Source of the DNA: Octopus bimaculoides
Lineage: Eukaryota
Direction of reading: 5' to 3'
Length of the DNA: 64,000 nt
Assembly: GCF_001194135.2 (NCBI RefSeq)
Contig: NC_068983.1
Location: forward strand, 140,986,580 to 141,050,579
This document shows positions 1-12,672 of this stretch, piece after piece (position 1 is the stretch's first letter; each line of letters begins with the position of its first letter). The notes under the pieces are model-generated. The model searched no databases and had not been told where the DNA came from. It was given only the letters and a program-made list of their open reading frames with translations. Made by a program: the position numbers and the translations under genes.

Positions 1-302
1 TGTGCTATATATATTTCAACCACCTTGTATTAAAGGAAGAGTGCAAAAATCTAAAAACAGCATGATCCATAACGTTTGATGATGCGTGTCCTTTCTACCA
101 TCTGTTGGAAACATATTTTTTCACGATGGAAGGTGATAGTTTCATTTAAATACCGGAATATATCCAGTCCCCAAATTCTCCTTATAGCCATCTGCTACCC
201 ATATTTATTCGAAAGTATATTAGATATAATCTTAAGCTCAAATGATTCAAAGTGCTAAAGCGTCAGTGCATGCCCTGCGCTTATAATATAAGCAGAGAAA
301 AA

Positions 303-447
303 GGCACCAAGCTGCCAGAACCGTAAACACACCACCGGACAAAATGGATGCTTAGCTGCATTTCATCCCTATTTACGTTCTGGTTTCAAATTCCGCCGAG
401 CTCGACTTTGCTTTTCATCACTGGGTGTCAATGTAATCGACTTATCC
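303..447 (+). mobile_element. SINE family A, degenerate copy
   Basis: gttctggtttcaaattccgccgagctcgactttgcttttcatc body motif. Confidence 0.65.
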
Positions 448-571
448 CATCGACCGAACTTGCGCGCTTGTGTGACTGTTTATAATGAATTTTTGGAACG
501 TTGGCTCTTAAAGCAAATACTCTATATATAATAGTGGTTAAATATCTAGTTACACAACACCATACGCACGC

Positions 572-622
<51 letters not shown>

Positions 623-1151
623 NNNNNNNNNNNNNNNNNNNNNNNNNNNNNNNNNNNNNNNNNNNNNNNNNNNNNNNNNNNNNNNNNNNNNNNNNNNNNN
701 NNNNNNNNNNNNNNNNNNNNNNNNNNNNNNNNNNNNNNNNNNNNNNNNNNNNNNNNNNNNNNNNNNNNNNNNNNNNNNNNNNNNNNNNNNNNNNNNNNNN
801 NNNNNNNNNNNNNNNNNNNNNNNNNNNNNNNNNNNNNNNNNNNNNNNNNNNNNNNNNNNNNNNNNNNNNNNNNNNNNNNNNNNNNNNNNNNNNNNNNNNN
901 NNNNNNNNNNNNNNNNNNNNNNNNNNNNNNNNNNNNNNNNNNNNNNNNNNNNNNNNNNNNNNNNNNNNNNNNNNNNNNNNNNNNNNNNNNNNNNNNNNNN
1001 NNNNNNNNNNNNNNNNNNNNNNNNNNNNNNNNNNNNNNNNNNNNNNNNNNNNNNNNNNNNNNNNNNNNNNNNNNNNNNNNNNNNNNNNNNNNNNNNNNNN
1101 NNNNNNNNNNNNNNNNNNNNNNNNNNNNNNNNNNNNNNNNNNNNNNNNNNN
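623..1151. other. Assembly gap (others: 4379-5116, 16764-17359, 25059-25745, 46263-46472, 51270-51414, 53082-53091)
   Basis: Runs of N, mostly flanked by microsatellites. Confidence 0.99.
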
Positions 1152-2230
1152 GGTAGTTCGTCGAAAGTGGTTCGAATCTGCATTTTTCCTTCCACCTGTT
1201 GTACCTTTCCCTGTCTATTAAAATCGCCTTCACATTCTCACCGTAACTGTCCTTCGGCAACGTCACCCTTATAACTGATTTCATTTTTGTAATCATTTTT
1301 TCCGTGCACACATTTTTGCCGTATTTTACAAAATGCCAATTGTATTTCCTCCGTTTTTTTTTACTGTATCCTGTTCTTGGCTCGCTTTATCCATTTTAGT
1401 TGTTGTCGCTTCTTCCTCTTGCTGTTGTTCCACTTTATGGCTTAAACAACCCTCCAGTTTGCTTGCTTCTATCTTTTCCTCCTCCATAACTTCTTTCTCA
1501 ACCTCCTTTTCTACCTCTCTCTCCATTCAATCTCCTTTACAACTGCTTCCTCTATATACTTTGTTTCTTCTTTTTCTGCCTCTCCAGGGGAGAGCCCTTC
1601 CTTTTTCTTTTTTAACCACTTCGAATCCCTCCTCTGCCTCTTTCGCCTCCTCCTGTACTTCATCATTCGCTTTCTCCTGCTCCTCCGACTGTTCCATTTC
1701 TTGTTCTTTTTCTTCTCTCTGGGAGCACCTCGCCTTCATGTGGCCTTTCTCGCCACGCAAATAACAACTGGGAGGCTTGCCCTCTACCACTACCCTCAAT
1801 CTCACATCTTCAGGCAGAATGATTTCTTCTGGGATTTTGATCATATCATTCTCAGTTGTCTGAAGTGACATCTCGATCCACCAGTCCACCAGTCCCCCTT
1901 TCTCGTTGTTAGGATACTGGCATCCCCTTCCATGTTGTGTATTATCGCTGCAACCAACCATGTCTCCTCTCATTCTAGTGATACTTTTTCCCAACCTCAC
2001 TCGGACAACTCTTCTGCAGGAGTAAGTTGGTTTGAAAACCTATTCTTCCGATTTTATGGCATCAGTGGAGTGCATTATCGCTTCGACCTCGCTAGCGAAA
2101 CGCACCTCCACTGCGCCATATTTTCTTCCTCTTGTTATGAATGTCATCGACATTTTAATCACTTTTAAACTTTTCTCTATTTCTTCTATTGGTGCTACTT
2201 AAATTTTCTTGGAAGATATTTTCAGCGTTC
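1152..2230 (-). mobile_element. L1/Tx1-clade LINE ORF1 remnant (zinc knuckle plus acidic tail)
   Basis: Minus-strand translation gives VVVEGKPPSCYLRGEKGHMKARC (decayed CX2CX4HX4C knuckle), an upstream RRVVRVRLGK...TWLVAAI segment and an E/K-rich tail. It is frameshifted and runs into the gap. Similar to the ORF1 remnant at 43130-43560. Confidence 0.7.
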
Positions 2231-2459
2231 TATAAATTATGGTTTGTCTCTTTACACTATGTATCAATTCGAGTGGAGGTATCAATTTTAGATTGTGGCC
2301 TTCTTTTTCTAAACGGTTGCCGCATTCCTTTAGCATTTCCGATACATACATACAAACATACATACTTACACCCACACATGTACTTATATATAAGCCTAAT
2401 GAAAACATAAAAATATATATATATTGGAAGTAGTCATAACAAATCTGTACCAAACTCAC

Positions 2460-4200
2460 TTATAAAGAATATTTCGTCAAGAATAAGCAAATTGTCAGCG
2501 AATGACAATATTTCCAAACTTCATGAAGACTACTATAACTTGGCACTTAGGAAAGCGGGTTTTAATGATAAAAGAGAATTTAATAAGTCAAATATCGAAT
2601 CAGATTTAAATAGTAATTTTAGTATTGCAGACCTAAAATCTAGTACTATAAACAACTCTACTTATAACAAATGTAATAATGGAGATTTAACATCAAGTAT
2701 TCATGTTGATAAAACAACAAGAGTGGGTGATTTTCATAGTGAGAATAAAAAGGTGAACAATTATATTTATAACAAAAGGAAAAGTCGTAATATTGTTGAT
2801 GACCAGGTTAAAAATTCTAGAACTGCTAATGGAAATGAGGGTGTAGTATTCTCTAATAAAATTCTAAATTCTTTTAATATAAAATCGGCTAAAAGATTTA
2901 ATAATAAAAATAGAAGTAAAATAAACGCTAACTTTGAAATGGATCGAAATCCGAGAATGCTCACTCCTTCGAAAAACGGGTATAAACACCAAATTATGAT
3001 CTTAACTCGAAGAATACTCGAAGAATACTCGAAGAATCTGGGTAATCGTTCTGTCTGGTAAACAGGTCGATTACAATTTTTCCAAACTGTTTAATATAAC
3101 AATTCAAAAATATTTTCCAAGAAACCACAGATATTAAAAATAGTATTAGTCGGCATAAAATTAAATTGGGTTATTGTCTTAGTCGTAATATTGCATAAAT
3201 TATAGAAAAATATAATATTAAAATGATATCTAAATTTGAAAAAAGCGATTACCATCAGAATAACGTAATAAATTCGAAGCATAATCACATCAAACGGAAT
3301 AAAGAAACTCAAATAGACGGGAACGCTAAGAAATTAAATGTCGCGGAAAGGATAACAACCCAATTTAACATAAACAATTACGTGAAATCGAATAAAAGTT
3401 CAGATAGAAATAGAACAAAGATAATGTTATCTGAAGGAATGAATAGTAATGGAGAACTTGGTGGAAATGAATTTAATTCTACAATCAATGATTAAATTGA
3501 AACTAAATCTTAGGGAAATGTAAATGGTTATTTTTGCAATTGTTTTAAACGAGAATCCTGTTATGTGAAAAATAAGTGTAAAATTAAAAATGTAATATAT
3601 AGATGTATAGTTAGATATGAGGGTGAGACATCATTAATTTTCAAGAGGAGACTGGTAAATAATTTGAGTTCATTTAAGGACAAAAATAAAAGGTCCCAAA
3701 CGAGTGTTAGCAAATTAATCTGGTCTTTCAAGTTCAATAACAAGGTATATACGATTAAATGGCAGTTAATCTGTACTGCAATACTATGCAGACCAGAAAT
3801 CTGTAGCTGTGATCTATGCGTAGAAGAATTTTTCAGGAAATTTCTCATCCAAGGGTAATGTAATAAATTATAGACAGAAGCAAGCGCTGAGACGCTTGCA
3901 CATGAGGAAATTTATATTTCCCAAATATAAATGAGTAATTATCATTTAAACATAACAAGGTTTTGAAACGATGGACTGAAAATGATTATCCAAGAATTTC
4001 AAATACAGATTGTTCGCGTCTGACTTATCGGACAACTCTACATTATACAAGGCAGAGTTTATAAAAGAAAATGATTAAACGGCCGTGCCGAGATTTATCA
4101 TGTTAAGACTTTGAAGAGACTACAGTTGCAATTGCAACGATTACTAATCGGTGCAATTGAAACGTGTTGGTCATAAAAAGCAGTATACAGTTATAGAATT
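2460..4200 (+). mobile_element. Penelope-like element 3' half (linker, GIY-YIG endonuclease, hammerhead remnant)
   Basis: KYFPRNHRY/xRHKIKLGYCLSRNIAxIIEKYN thumb-linker at ~3110-3225. CNCFKRESCYVKNKCKIKNVIYRCIVRYEGETSLIFKRRLVNNLSSFK...SVSKLIW...IKWQLI...CDLC at ~3535-3830 matches the PLE GIY-YIG pattern. Stops and frameshifts are present. Decayed hammerhead at 4107-4172. Confidence 0.75.
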
Positions 4201-5116
4201 AAAGGTAATGCTATTGCTACTTCGGGGTAATTTTTATTTTCAATATTGTATATATATATATTTCATATAAAATTAATGTATATTTAAACATTTATATGAT
4301 AAAAATGTTGTCTATTGACAGTGGTAGAAAAAATTCTATAAATTTCCTACCCTGTATTTTCTTTATATATCTATATATNNNNNNNNNNNNNNNNNNNNNN
4401 NNNNNNNNNNNNNNNNNNNNNNNNNNNNNNNNNNNNNNNNNNNNNNNNNNNNNNNNNNNNNNNNNNNNNNNNNNNNNNNNNNNNNNNNNNNNNNNNNNNN
4501 NNNNNNNNNNNNNNNNNNNNNNNNNNNNNNNNNNNNNNNNNNNNNNNNNNNNNNNNNNNNNNNNNNNNNNNNNNNNNNNNNNNNNNNNNNNNNNNNNNNN
4601 NNNNNNNNNNNNNNNNNNNNNNNNNNNNNNNNNNNNNNNNNNNNNNNNNNNNNNNNNNNNNNNNNNNNNNNNNNNNNNNNNNNNNNNNNNNNNNNNNNNN
4701 NNNNNNNNNNNNNNNNNNNNNNNNNNNNNNNNNNNNNNNNNNNNNNNNNNNNNNNNNNNNNNNNNNNNNNNNNNNNNNNNNNNNNNNNNNNNNNNNNNNN
4801 NNNNNNNNNNNNNNNNNNNNNNNNNNNNNNNNNNNNNNNNNNNNNNNNNNNNNNNNNNNNNNNNNNNNNNNNNNNNNNNNNNNNNNNNNNNNNNNNNNNN
4901 NNNNNNNNNNNNNNNNNNNNNNNNNNNNNNNNNNNNNNNNNNNNNNNNNNNNNNNNNNNNNNNNNNNNNNNNNNNNNNNNNNNNNNNNNNNNNNNNNNNN
5001 NNNNNNNNNNNNNNNNNNNNNNNNNNNNNNNNNNNNNNNNNNNNNNNNNNNNNNNNNNNNNNNNNNNNNNNNNNNNNNNNNNNNNNNNNNNNNNNNNNNN
5101 NNNNNNNNNNNNNNNN

Positions 5117-5179
<63 letters not shown>

Positions 5180-5299
5180 GGCACTATGGGGAATAAGGGT
5201 ACTAGTCAGAACCCGCAATGCTACACATAAGAATCAGAATAACTGATTTAAATTTGAATAATATAATTATTTTAAAGTATACGCTGTAAAACATTTTGT

Positions 5300-5940
5300 A
5301 CTCTATATGGCGACCATCAGTGTCTCCAGAGAGCTCAAACTAATAAATTGCTTTTAGTTAGTCATACAGACCCCAAACATTCACTTCTGGTGTATCTCGT
5401 TCGGAGTCCAGAAATTCAGTTGGCTTCTCGCTTCACCAAAAGGTCACAGTTATGATAACTTTTCAACATATGTAGAAGGTCACTTCATTCATTAAGAGAT
5501 TTTTTTGATTAAATCGTCACTTTCAATTTGATCACTAAGCTCTGTGGTCATCGCTGATTTGCGCGGATAACAATCTACTTGTATGTTGCGAAAAGTTTGG
5601 GTCTGATAAATTCTTTTGTCCAGATCGCATCGCAGGTTTCTGTATAGTGATGTTTGTAGAATTTCTAACACTTTAGTTGCCCTACGAGTCGATAATTGCG
5701 GTTCCTCTTCAAATGCTTACCGAACAAATTCGATTTTTTCTCTATATTTTATTGAACACACAGTTCTGATGTCATCATCACAGATCCAGTTTTCTGAAAT
5801 TTCATTAAGAACTCTTGAATAACTTTGTCTTTAGATCCTTTTTATGAAACTTCCACCCAAATTTATTTCTAATGCCTTCGCAATTCAGGCCCTTTATCTT
5901 CCATGTTACCACAGACATCCGTTCTTTCGCGTTCGGATAT
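5300..5940 (-). mobile_element. Tc1/mariner-superfamily transposase pseudogene (N-terminal HTH plus start of catalytic domain)
   Basis: Minus-strand fragments IQEFLMKFQKTGSV, EKIEFVRxAFEEEPQLSTRRATKVLEI and NEVTFYIC..HNC....ERDTPEVNVW resemble the FSDEATF...HNCRIW...ERDSPKVNVW motif series. Many disablements. Confidence 0.7.
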
Positions 5941-5978
5941 TACTGAAATAGTTAGTGAGATTTAAGACATTCTGTATA

Positions 5979-6055
<77 letters not shown>

Positions 6056-8189
6056 CCGTGTTTGTTTATATATATATATATATATATATACATATGACGA
6101 TTAAAATTCTGTGTGAAGATTTGCGTACGTCTCTATTCGTTGCCATGCATTTTGTCACCATTAGTTTGAATATTGTAGATGTTCTCGAATCTCTGTACTT
6201 TTCAGCGGTAAAATACTTTTGAATATCAAATTAAATCAACAAGGAATATTGTTAGGTATCGTCTTGTTTTATATAATATACACTGAATTTTGCATTAGAA
6301 ACAAATCAACCATGAATTTGATTTCATCGATGTTTACCAATATTAGTCACAATGTCTTGTGTAATATGAGTTAAGGTTATATAATTGAGTCTCCAGCTAG
6401 AGAAATTTCACAGGAAAAGTAAGGTAAGATATAAGATAAATAAGACCACTATTTCTAAGAGATGAAGCGACCATTGAGATTTATGTTATGATCACTTCTT
6501 TACAAAATCTGGACTTCTCATCTCTTTAGGCATTAGCTTTCCAAGAATTAGATTATGCAATATATCATTTCGTTACTTAAAATTTCAGAGTATGATATCG
6601 TGTCGTTTCGCTGCTATATCTAGCAGTTTCCTTGACCACATTGTGTGGCTGCAATGGTTGTCTTTCGTATTTATATAATGTGTTATATTATCACACAAAT
6701 TCATCTTTATATAAAGTCATGATAAACATCTTATGTCAAAGATAAAATTTCCTATTTGCATTTCTCTAAATATGTTTTGTAAACTTAAAAAGAAAATTAA
6801 ATAGCTACTGAATATTTGCAAGTAAGATAGTTATTTGTATTATATTTTACAATATATAAACAATGAAGTGAAACTTTTTGTTCGTTTTCTCTTTTGAAAT
6901 ATCTAATGTTAAGATAAATGACAAAAAATTTCAGTTCCATACAATACGTACATAAAATCTCACACTCAAAATGATATTAAGTCACTTACATGTACTTTTA
7001 GATGTCAAGGAAGTTATGTTAATATTGCATCCTACCAACGGAAACCGGTAGGCCTCAAAACCATAAAACATTTTCTAAAGAATACAAAATTAAAATGTTT
7101 GTTCTAAATTTAGTACATATTCATTCTGTGAGCATAAAGAGATAGGTCGTTAACGGCGGACATCAAAAGGAAATGTGGAATACGAAATGAGCAATTCAAA
7201 ATCATTTTCAACGTCACACTGAGCCACGACGAGAGAAGACCTTTGACGAAACAGCACTATATACAGATGAGCATCCACCGATCCCATCGACATATATGAA
7301 GGGGTATTATGTACCACTATGTTCTCTGCGATACTCTTAAAGACATATTTCTAAGTCAGATCAGATACTCTTTCAGAGTCTCCGGCCCAGTAGAAAATCC
7401 GCTAAAAAGTTAAAAGAAAGTGTAATATTTCCTTTGTATAAAAGTGGAAGCAGAGTAGATGCTAAATTGCAGATTCATCTGTCTCAATTCCCCCCCCACA
7501 CACACACACAATTAAACTCCAGACATACGCACACATACACTTAAACACTGACACACACATTTCTCTAAGTTAGATCGGAAGACATTTCCCTATAGAAATA
7601 GATATACACACCTACGTTTGTAAAACATGTCGAGTTCATAAATGCTTTTAGTTTTGTTTTTTTTTTTACGGTTTAACACTTAATCTGTCGTGCAAGGTTA
7701 TCTCCTCTTGATTGACATGAGCAAATCTCAGCTCTCACTTTATGTTTCAAAGTTTACTGTCAATTTAAAACTTCTTTTACTATTTTCTGTTTTTTTGTTT
7801 ATTTTTTATTTTATTTTCCATGTCATTTGCTTTTTCTCTTTCTCTTCTAAAAGTGATTTTCCCAACCTGGGAAACAGTATAAAACCTTTACTTTAGATTT
7901 CCCTTCGGGACAAATGTACATTAAGATGTATATTTCTTAGTTAATTTCTTTATGTATTTTTGAGTATACGTTAAGATTTTTACGAGATGAAAATTGAAAA
8001 TAGTGAAAAACATCTCTTCTCAGATAATGTATAAAAGAATATATTGCTTTTAACGTATTCTTCTCTTTCCTTTACTCATTTTCGTTCGTTTATGCACATT
8101 CGTATTTTATATCTTTATATGCCTTTGCAAATACCTATCTATCTCTTTATCTTTCTATCCAATGTTCCAAGGTAAATGTGCATACATGC

Positions 8190-8198
8190 ATATGTGTG

Positions 8199-8235
<37 letters not shown>

Positions 8236-8490
8236 CTATCTATCTATATATATATGTATGTATATACATATGTGTGTGTGTGCGTGAGTGGGTGTTTGTA
8301 TATGTGTGTGCATGTGTGTATGTGTACGTATATATGTATTTATGTATGTATGTATGTATGTATATGTCGGTAGGTAGGTAGGTTGGTTGGTTGGTTGGTT
8401 TGTTGGTTGGTTGGTTGGTTGGTTGGTTGGTTGGTTGGTAGGTTGGTTGGTTGGTTGGTTGGTAGGTTGGTTGGTTCGTTGGTTGGTAGG
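8190..8490. repeat. Compound microsatellite (TA)(TG)(TATG)(GGTA)(GGTT)n
   Basis: Direct reading. Confidence 0.95.
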
Positions 8491-9254
8491 TTTTGACAGG
8501 TAGGTGGATAGTTAAGTATATATGCTTATATACAATACATCTCATCTAAAAAATACTGCTTTTTGAACTCTATGTATGTTACAAAATTATTTTACAAAAT
8601 CGTTGAAAATATGTACATTAAAATGTATTTGTAAATAACTCTCAGAATGCAGTTTGTTACAGATGATATGATCCCGAATCACAAATGTTTTAACTTGAAG
8701 ATACATCAATAATTCAGATGTGAGTTAATCCTTATAACACGATAGACTTACTGTAGAAAACATTACCTTGCAATTAGTAAGTAAATCCTTCCTCTATGTC
8801 TTATAAAATTTAAAACTACTTGCAAGGAATATAACTACAATAGAATCTATTGCTCCACGTTTAGAAAATTTCAAAAACATGTAAGATAGGTCGTATTTCC
8901 TGTTTATAGACGCAGTTGGTTGGCGAAGAATATGCAGTCTGTAGTAAAGGCAGAGCTGGCGGTTACGGGCGGCGGAGGAGTAAGGTGGGGGTGCCTGCTG
9001 ATGATGCTCTATTCGATGCAGGTGGGGAGTCATTCTGGAAGTGGCGAAGTGTCTAACAGGAAATACGAGCTTATTGCTGCCATTAGAGTTATGCCGTCTT
9101 GTTGAACTCCAAGCCACGTGCCACGGTGAACCTAGACGTAACACTTTCACATTGGCTGAGCCTCAACAATCTCCATTCACAACCAAGAGTAGGGTGCCTA
9201 ACGACCAATGTATGCATCTTCATTCCCTGTAAGCTTCTACAATCGTTTTATATA

Positions 9255-9451
9255 TTCTTATTTCTTTACAGCCCACAAGGGGCTAAACATAGAGGGGACA
9301 AACAAGGACAGACAAACGGATTATTTAATCGACCCCGAAAGAATGAAAGGCAACGTCGACCTCGGAGGAATTTAAACTCAGAACGTAGCGGCAGGCGAAA
9401 TACCGCTAAGCATTTCGCCCGACGTGCTAACGATTCTGCGAGCTCGCCGCC
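9255..9451 (-). mobile_element. tRNA-derived SINE family A (tail type B)
   Basis: Head ggcggcgagctcgcagaatcgttagcacgtcgggcgaaatgcttagcggtatttcg...ttctgagtttaaattcc; body gtcgacgttgcctttcattctttcggggtcg; tail ...gccccttgtgggctgtaaagaaataagaa. Confidence 0.85.
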
Positions 9452-9985
9452 TTCAAATTGCAAATCGTCTCTTTCTTCTTAGGTTAGTGCACATTCATGC
9501 ACGCACACACTTACACACGTGCGTGCGCGCACACACATGGTCATGTATATATGTTTCCCCCTCTTCCTTTCTCCTCCTAACACAACCAGGCATCAATCCA
9601 ACGCCAGGATTGCTATTGCTACTACTCTAGCTACAACAGTCGTGCTTACGCACACACATATGTCGAAAGCAAGTACGTCCGTGTATATGTGTGTGTGCGC
9701 GCGCGCGTGTTTTGTGTCCGCATATCTGTATTGCAAATATGCTAGCATACACTAGACTCCTCACACACGCAGAGATCAGAAGTAAGCACACACACACATT
9801 TATACATACACATATAAATACAAGAATGTACATACACTGAACATCCATACGCACACATACACACCTGCACGGCTTACAGATATCTGATAAATAATCAGTC
9901 ATTATTACTTCATTCCTTTGAATTGCAACGAGTCTTGCATGCCATAGACCGAAAGCGATGGGGAAGTCTGTTTCTTTATGTTGGC

Positions 9986-10038
<53 letters not shown>

Positions 10039-10914
10039 TCCGTGGTGTCTTCATATTTGTGTGTATCACGTAATCAAAATATTTTTAAAACTGAAACTAC
10101 TTTTCTATTCCTCAGCTAAATAACTATTTATCAAAAGGAGGCAGTCTTAACGTTTACCCCTTGTCACGCATACAAACATATAGGTTTTTGTACACACAGC
10201 CGCATATACATCGCCAAACATATAAACATGTACACGTCAATTCATCAGGCATTTTTCTTTTTTTTAATCTTTTTGCACACATTGCAGTTTTTCTTTTTAA
10301 GTTCTATAACTTAACTCTCATTAAACTTGTGGTAGTACATGTATTAAGCTTACAGTTAACCAGGCCGTCCTTCATTTTAGGCTTGGAAAAGATTATTTGT
10401 ACCAGTCCTCCTTCACTTTATGTAGCCCTCATATATGTAGGTGATCTGACACTCCGTAAGTCTTCATCTATTGTAATTCTAAGCGGTTCTCTCAAATACT
10501 TAACGCAGCAACAGTCGCTGGAAATTGTATTTGATTCATATGAAGATGGTGTTTTGTTTTTGTTGCTTCGTCATCTAGGCAACATGCTAACTTTAAGCTG
10601 AACTGCATTTCGCTACTGTTCTTTGGCAAACGTATTGTTGTCCTCTTGTGTCACGGCGAATACAGATCTATTCCCAGATATTTCTTCTATACACATAAGT
10701 GAACTATATCGCTTGTTCGAACAACAGATAGAAAAGTACACATATCGCCAGAAATTCGATACCATTCTACGGAGTAAGGGCCATAGTTGTTTTCATTGTA
10801 AACCATGAGCTGAATTACTGTTCCTCTCTTCAAAATTACGTGAATGTTTTCTTTGTAACATATACAACTTGGTTAATATATCGACTCAAATATGTTGAAA
10901 CACTACATGCTCAG

Positions 10915-10923
10915 AACCAATAC

Positions 10924-10974
<51 letters not shown>

Positions 10975-11277
10975 TGCGTTTGTGTGTGTGTGTGTGTGTC
11001 TGTGTCTGTGTGTGTGTGTGTGTGTGCGTCTGCCTGTCTGTCTGTCTGTCTGTCTGTCTGTCCCACCAACATCGCTTGACAACCAATGCTGGTAAGTTTA
11101 GGTCCCCGTAAATTAGCGGTTCGGTAAAAGGGACTGATAAAATAAGTACAACAATTACAAAGAATAAGTCCTGGGGTCGATTTACTCGGCTAAAGGTGGT
11201 GCTCCAGCATGGCTGCAATCAAATGACTGAAACGAATAAAAGAATAAAAGAATAAAAGAATGAAAGAATAAAAGAGT
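10915..11277 (+). mobile_element. SINE family B 3' part with (GAATAAAA)n tail
   Basis: (TG)n, then cccaccaacatcgcttgacaacc...aataagtcctggggtcgattt...ctccagcatggctgcaatcaaatgactgaaac. Confidence 0.8.
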
Positions 11278-11504
11278 ATATATATATTTGGTGTTGGAAT
11301 TTGATTTGCAATATTCTTTGTGTGAGTTCGTGCCTTGAAGCATATTTTGTTGTGTCCCTTGTAGTACCTTATTATTTAACACACTCACCAATAATGTTTC
11401 CACTCATTTACTTATTTATTTTTACTAAAATTTGCGTTGCGTCTTGTAACGTTTTAAATAGTTGTTGACTCTGTCCGTTATCCGAGCCGCACTCTTTATG
11501 TTTG

Positions 11505-11588
11505 TGCGCATGTATGTATGTATGCATGTATGTATGTATGTATGTATGTATGTATGTATGTATATATGTATGTATATATGTATGTATG

Positions 11589-11622
<34 letters not shown>

Positions 11623-11781
11623 TGTATACATGCATGTATGTGTGTGTGAGCATATGGATATATATATGTATGTATGGGTCTACGTTTGCATGTATGAATT
11701 CTGAATATTCATGTGTTTGTGTCTGTGTGTTTGTGTGTCTTTATGTATGTATGTTTACATGTGTGTGTGTGTGTATGTGTG

Positions 11782-11880
<99 letters not shown>
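11505..11880. repeat. (TATG)n and (TG)n microsatellites
   Basis: Direct reading. Confidence 0.95.
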
Positions 11881-12319
11881 CTCTGTCATCATGTGTGTAC
11901 ATGTCTAAGTGTGTCTGTGTGTGTATGGATTTTTGTGACTGTACTGTGTCTGTGTGCATGGATGTGTGCCTCCATATGTGTAGATGTGTGTCTCCATATG
12001 TGTCCTTCTCTGAATTGAAGTGTGGGTCTATGGTCATGTGTTTCAGGCCTTATTTGCGTATATGTGCGTGCATGTGTGATTGTCTGTTCCTATTACCTAT
12101 GTACCTATCCGTCTGTACGTCTTTCTGTTTACATTTATATCTATTTGCCTACAAAATGTGCATATACATATACGTATACATATATGCACACACATACATA
12201 CGTCTACATAATAGCCCACTAACTATTCTACCTGTATATAAATATAAACTGTGGGTATGAGAGTATGATTACCTACTGCATATATTTCTTATTTAGTACT
12301 GGAGATGTTTCATTATGAG

Positions 12320-12660
12320 GACGTACTCATGTATTAGTCTGAGGGTTGGGTTCTTTGGGTGCTTGGATAAAATGCTGATGTCAAGTTGACACATGTTGCC
12401 TCCATGCCTCCTTGGCATCTTGGTATAATATGGAAGACTGTTCTTTGCCGTCATATTGTCTCAAATGTTCATTTAGTCTTTCCTCAATGCCCCTAAATGT
12501 CTCACCTATGAACATGCCATAGGTATAACCTTTCACATATCGGGTATATGCTAGGACATAATAACACCCTAAACAGACTGAATGCAGACATGAGTAGCGT
12601 ATGGGAACCGGTATTAAGGATAAGAACATATTAGATTTATAAACCCTAAGATTCACTCCA
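12320..12660 (-). mobile_element. Penelope-like GIY-YIG endonuclease C-terminal remnant
   Basis: FIGETFRGIEERLNEHLRQYDGKEQSSILYQ followed by a frameshifted ILSKHPKNPTLRLIHE...PVLNKK ending. Confidence 0.75.
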
Positions 12661-12672
12661 TAATTGCACACA

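Noticed and set aside
428-1311. Long ORFs spanning N-gaps (also near 4292-5218, 16694-17443, 24651-26016, 46221-46622)
   Set aside because: Artefacts of unresolved N runs and flanking dinucleotide repeats.
11408-12260. CV/YI/HT-rich ORFs, including the 252-aa frame, and the poly-I/L ORFs at 60951-61531
   Set aside because: Translations of microsatellites with no domain content.
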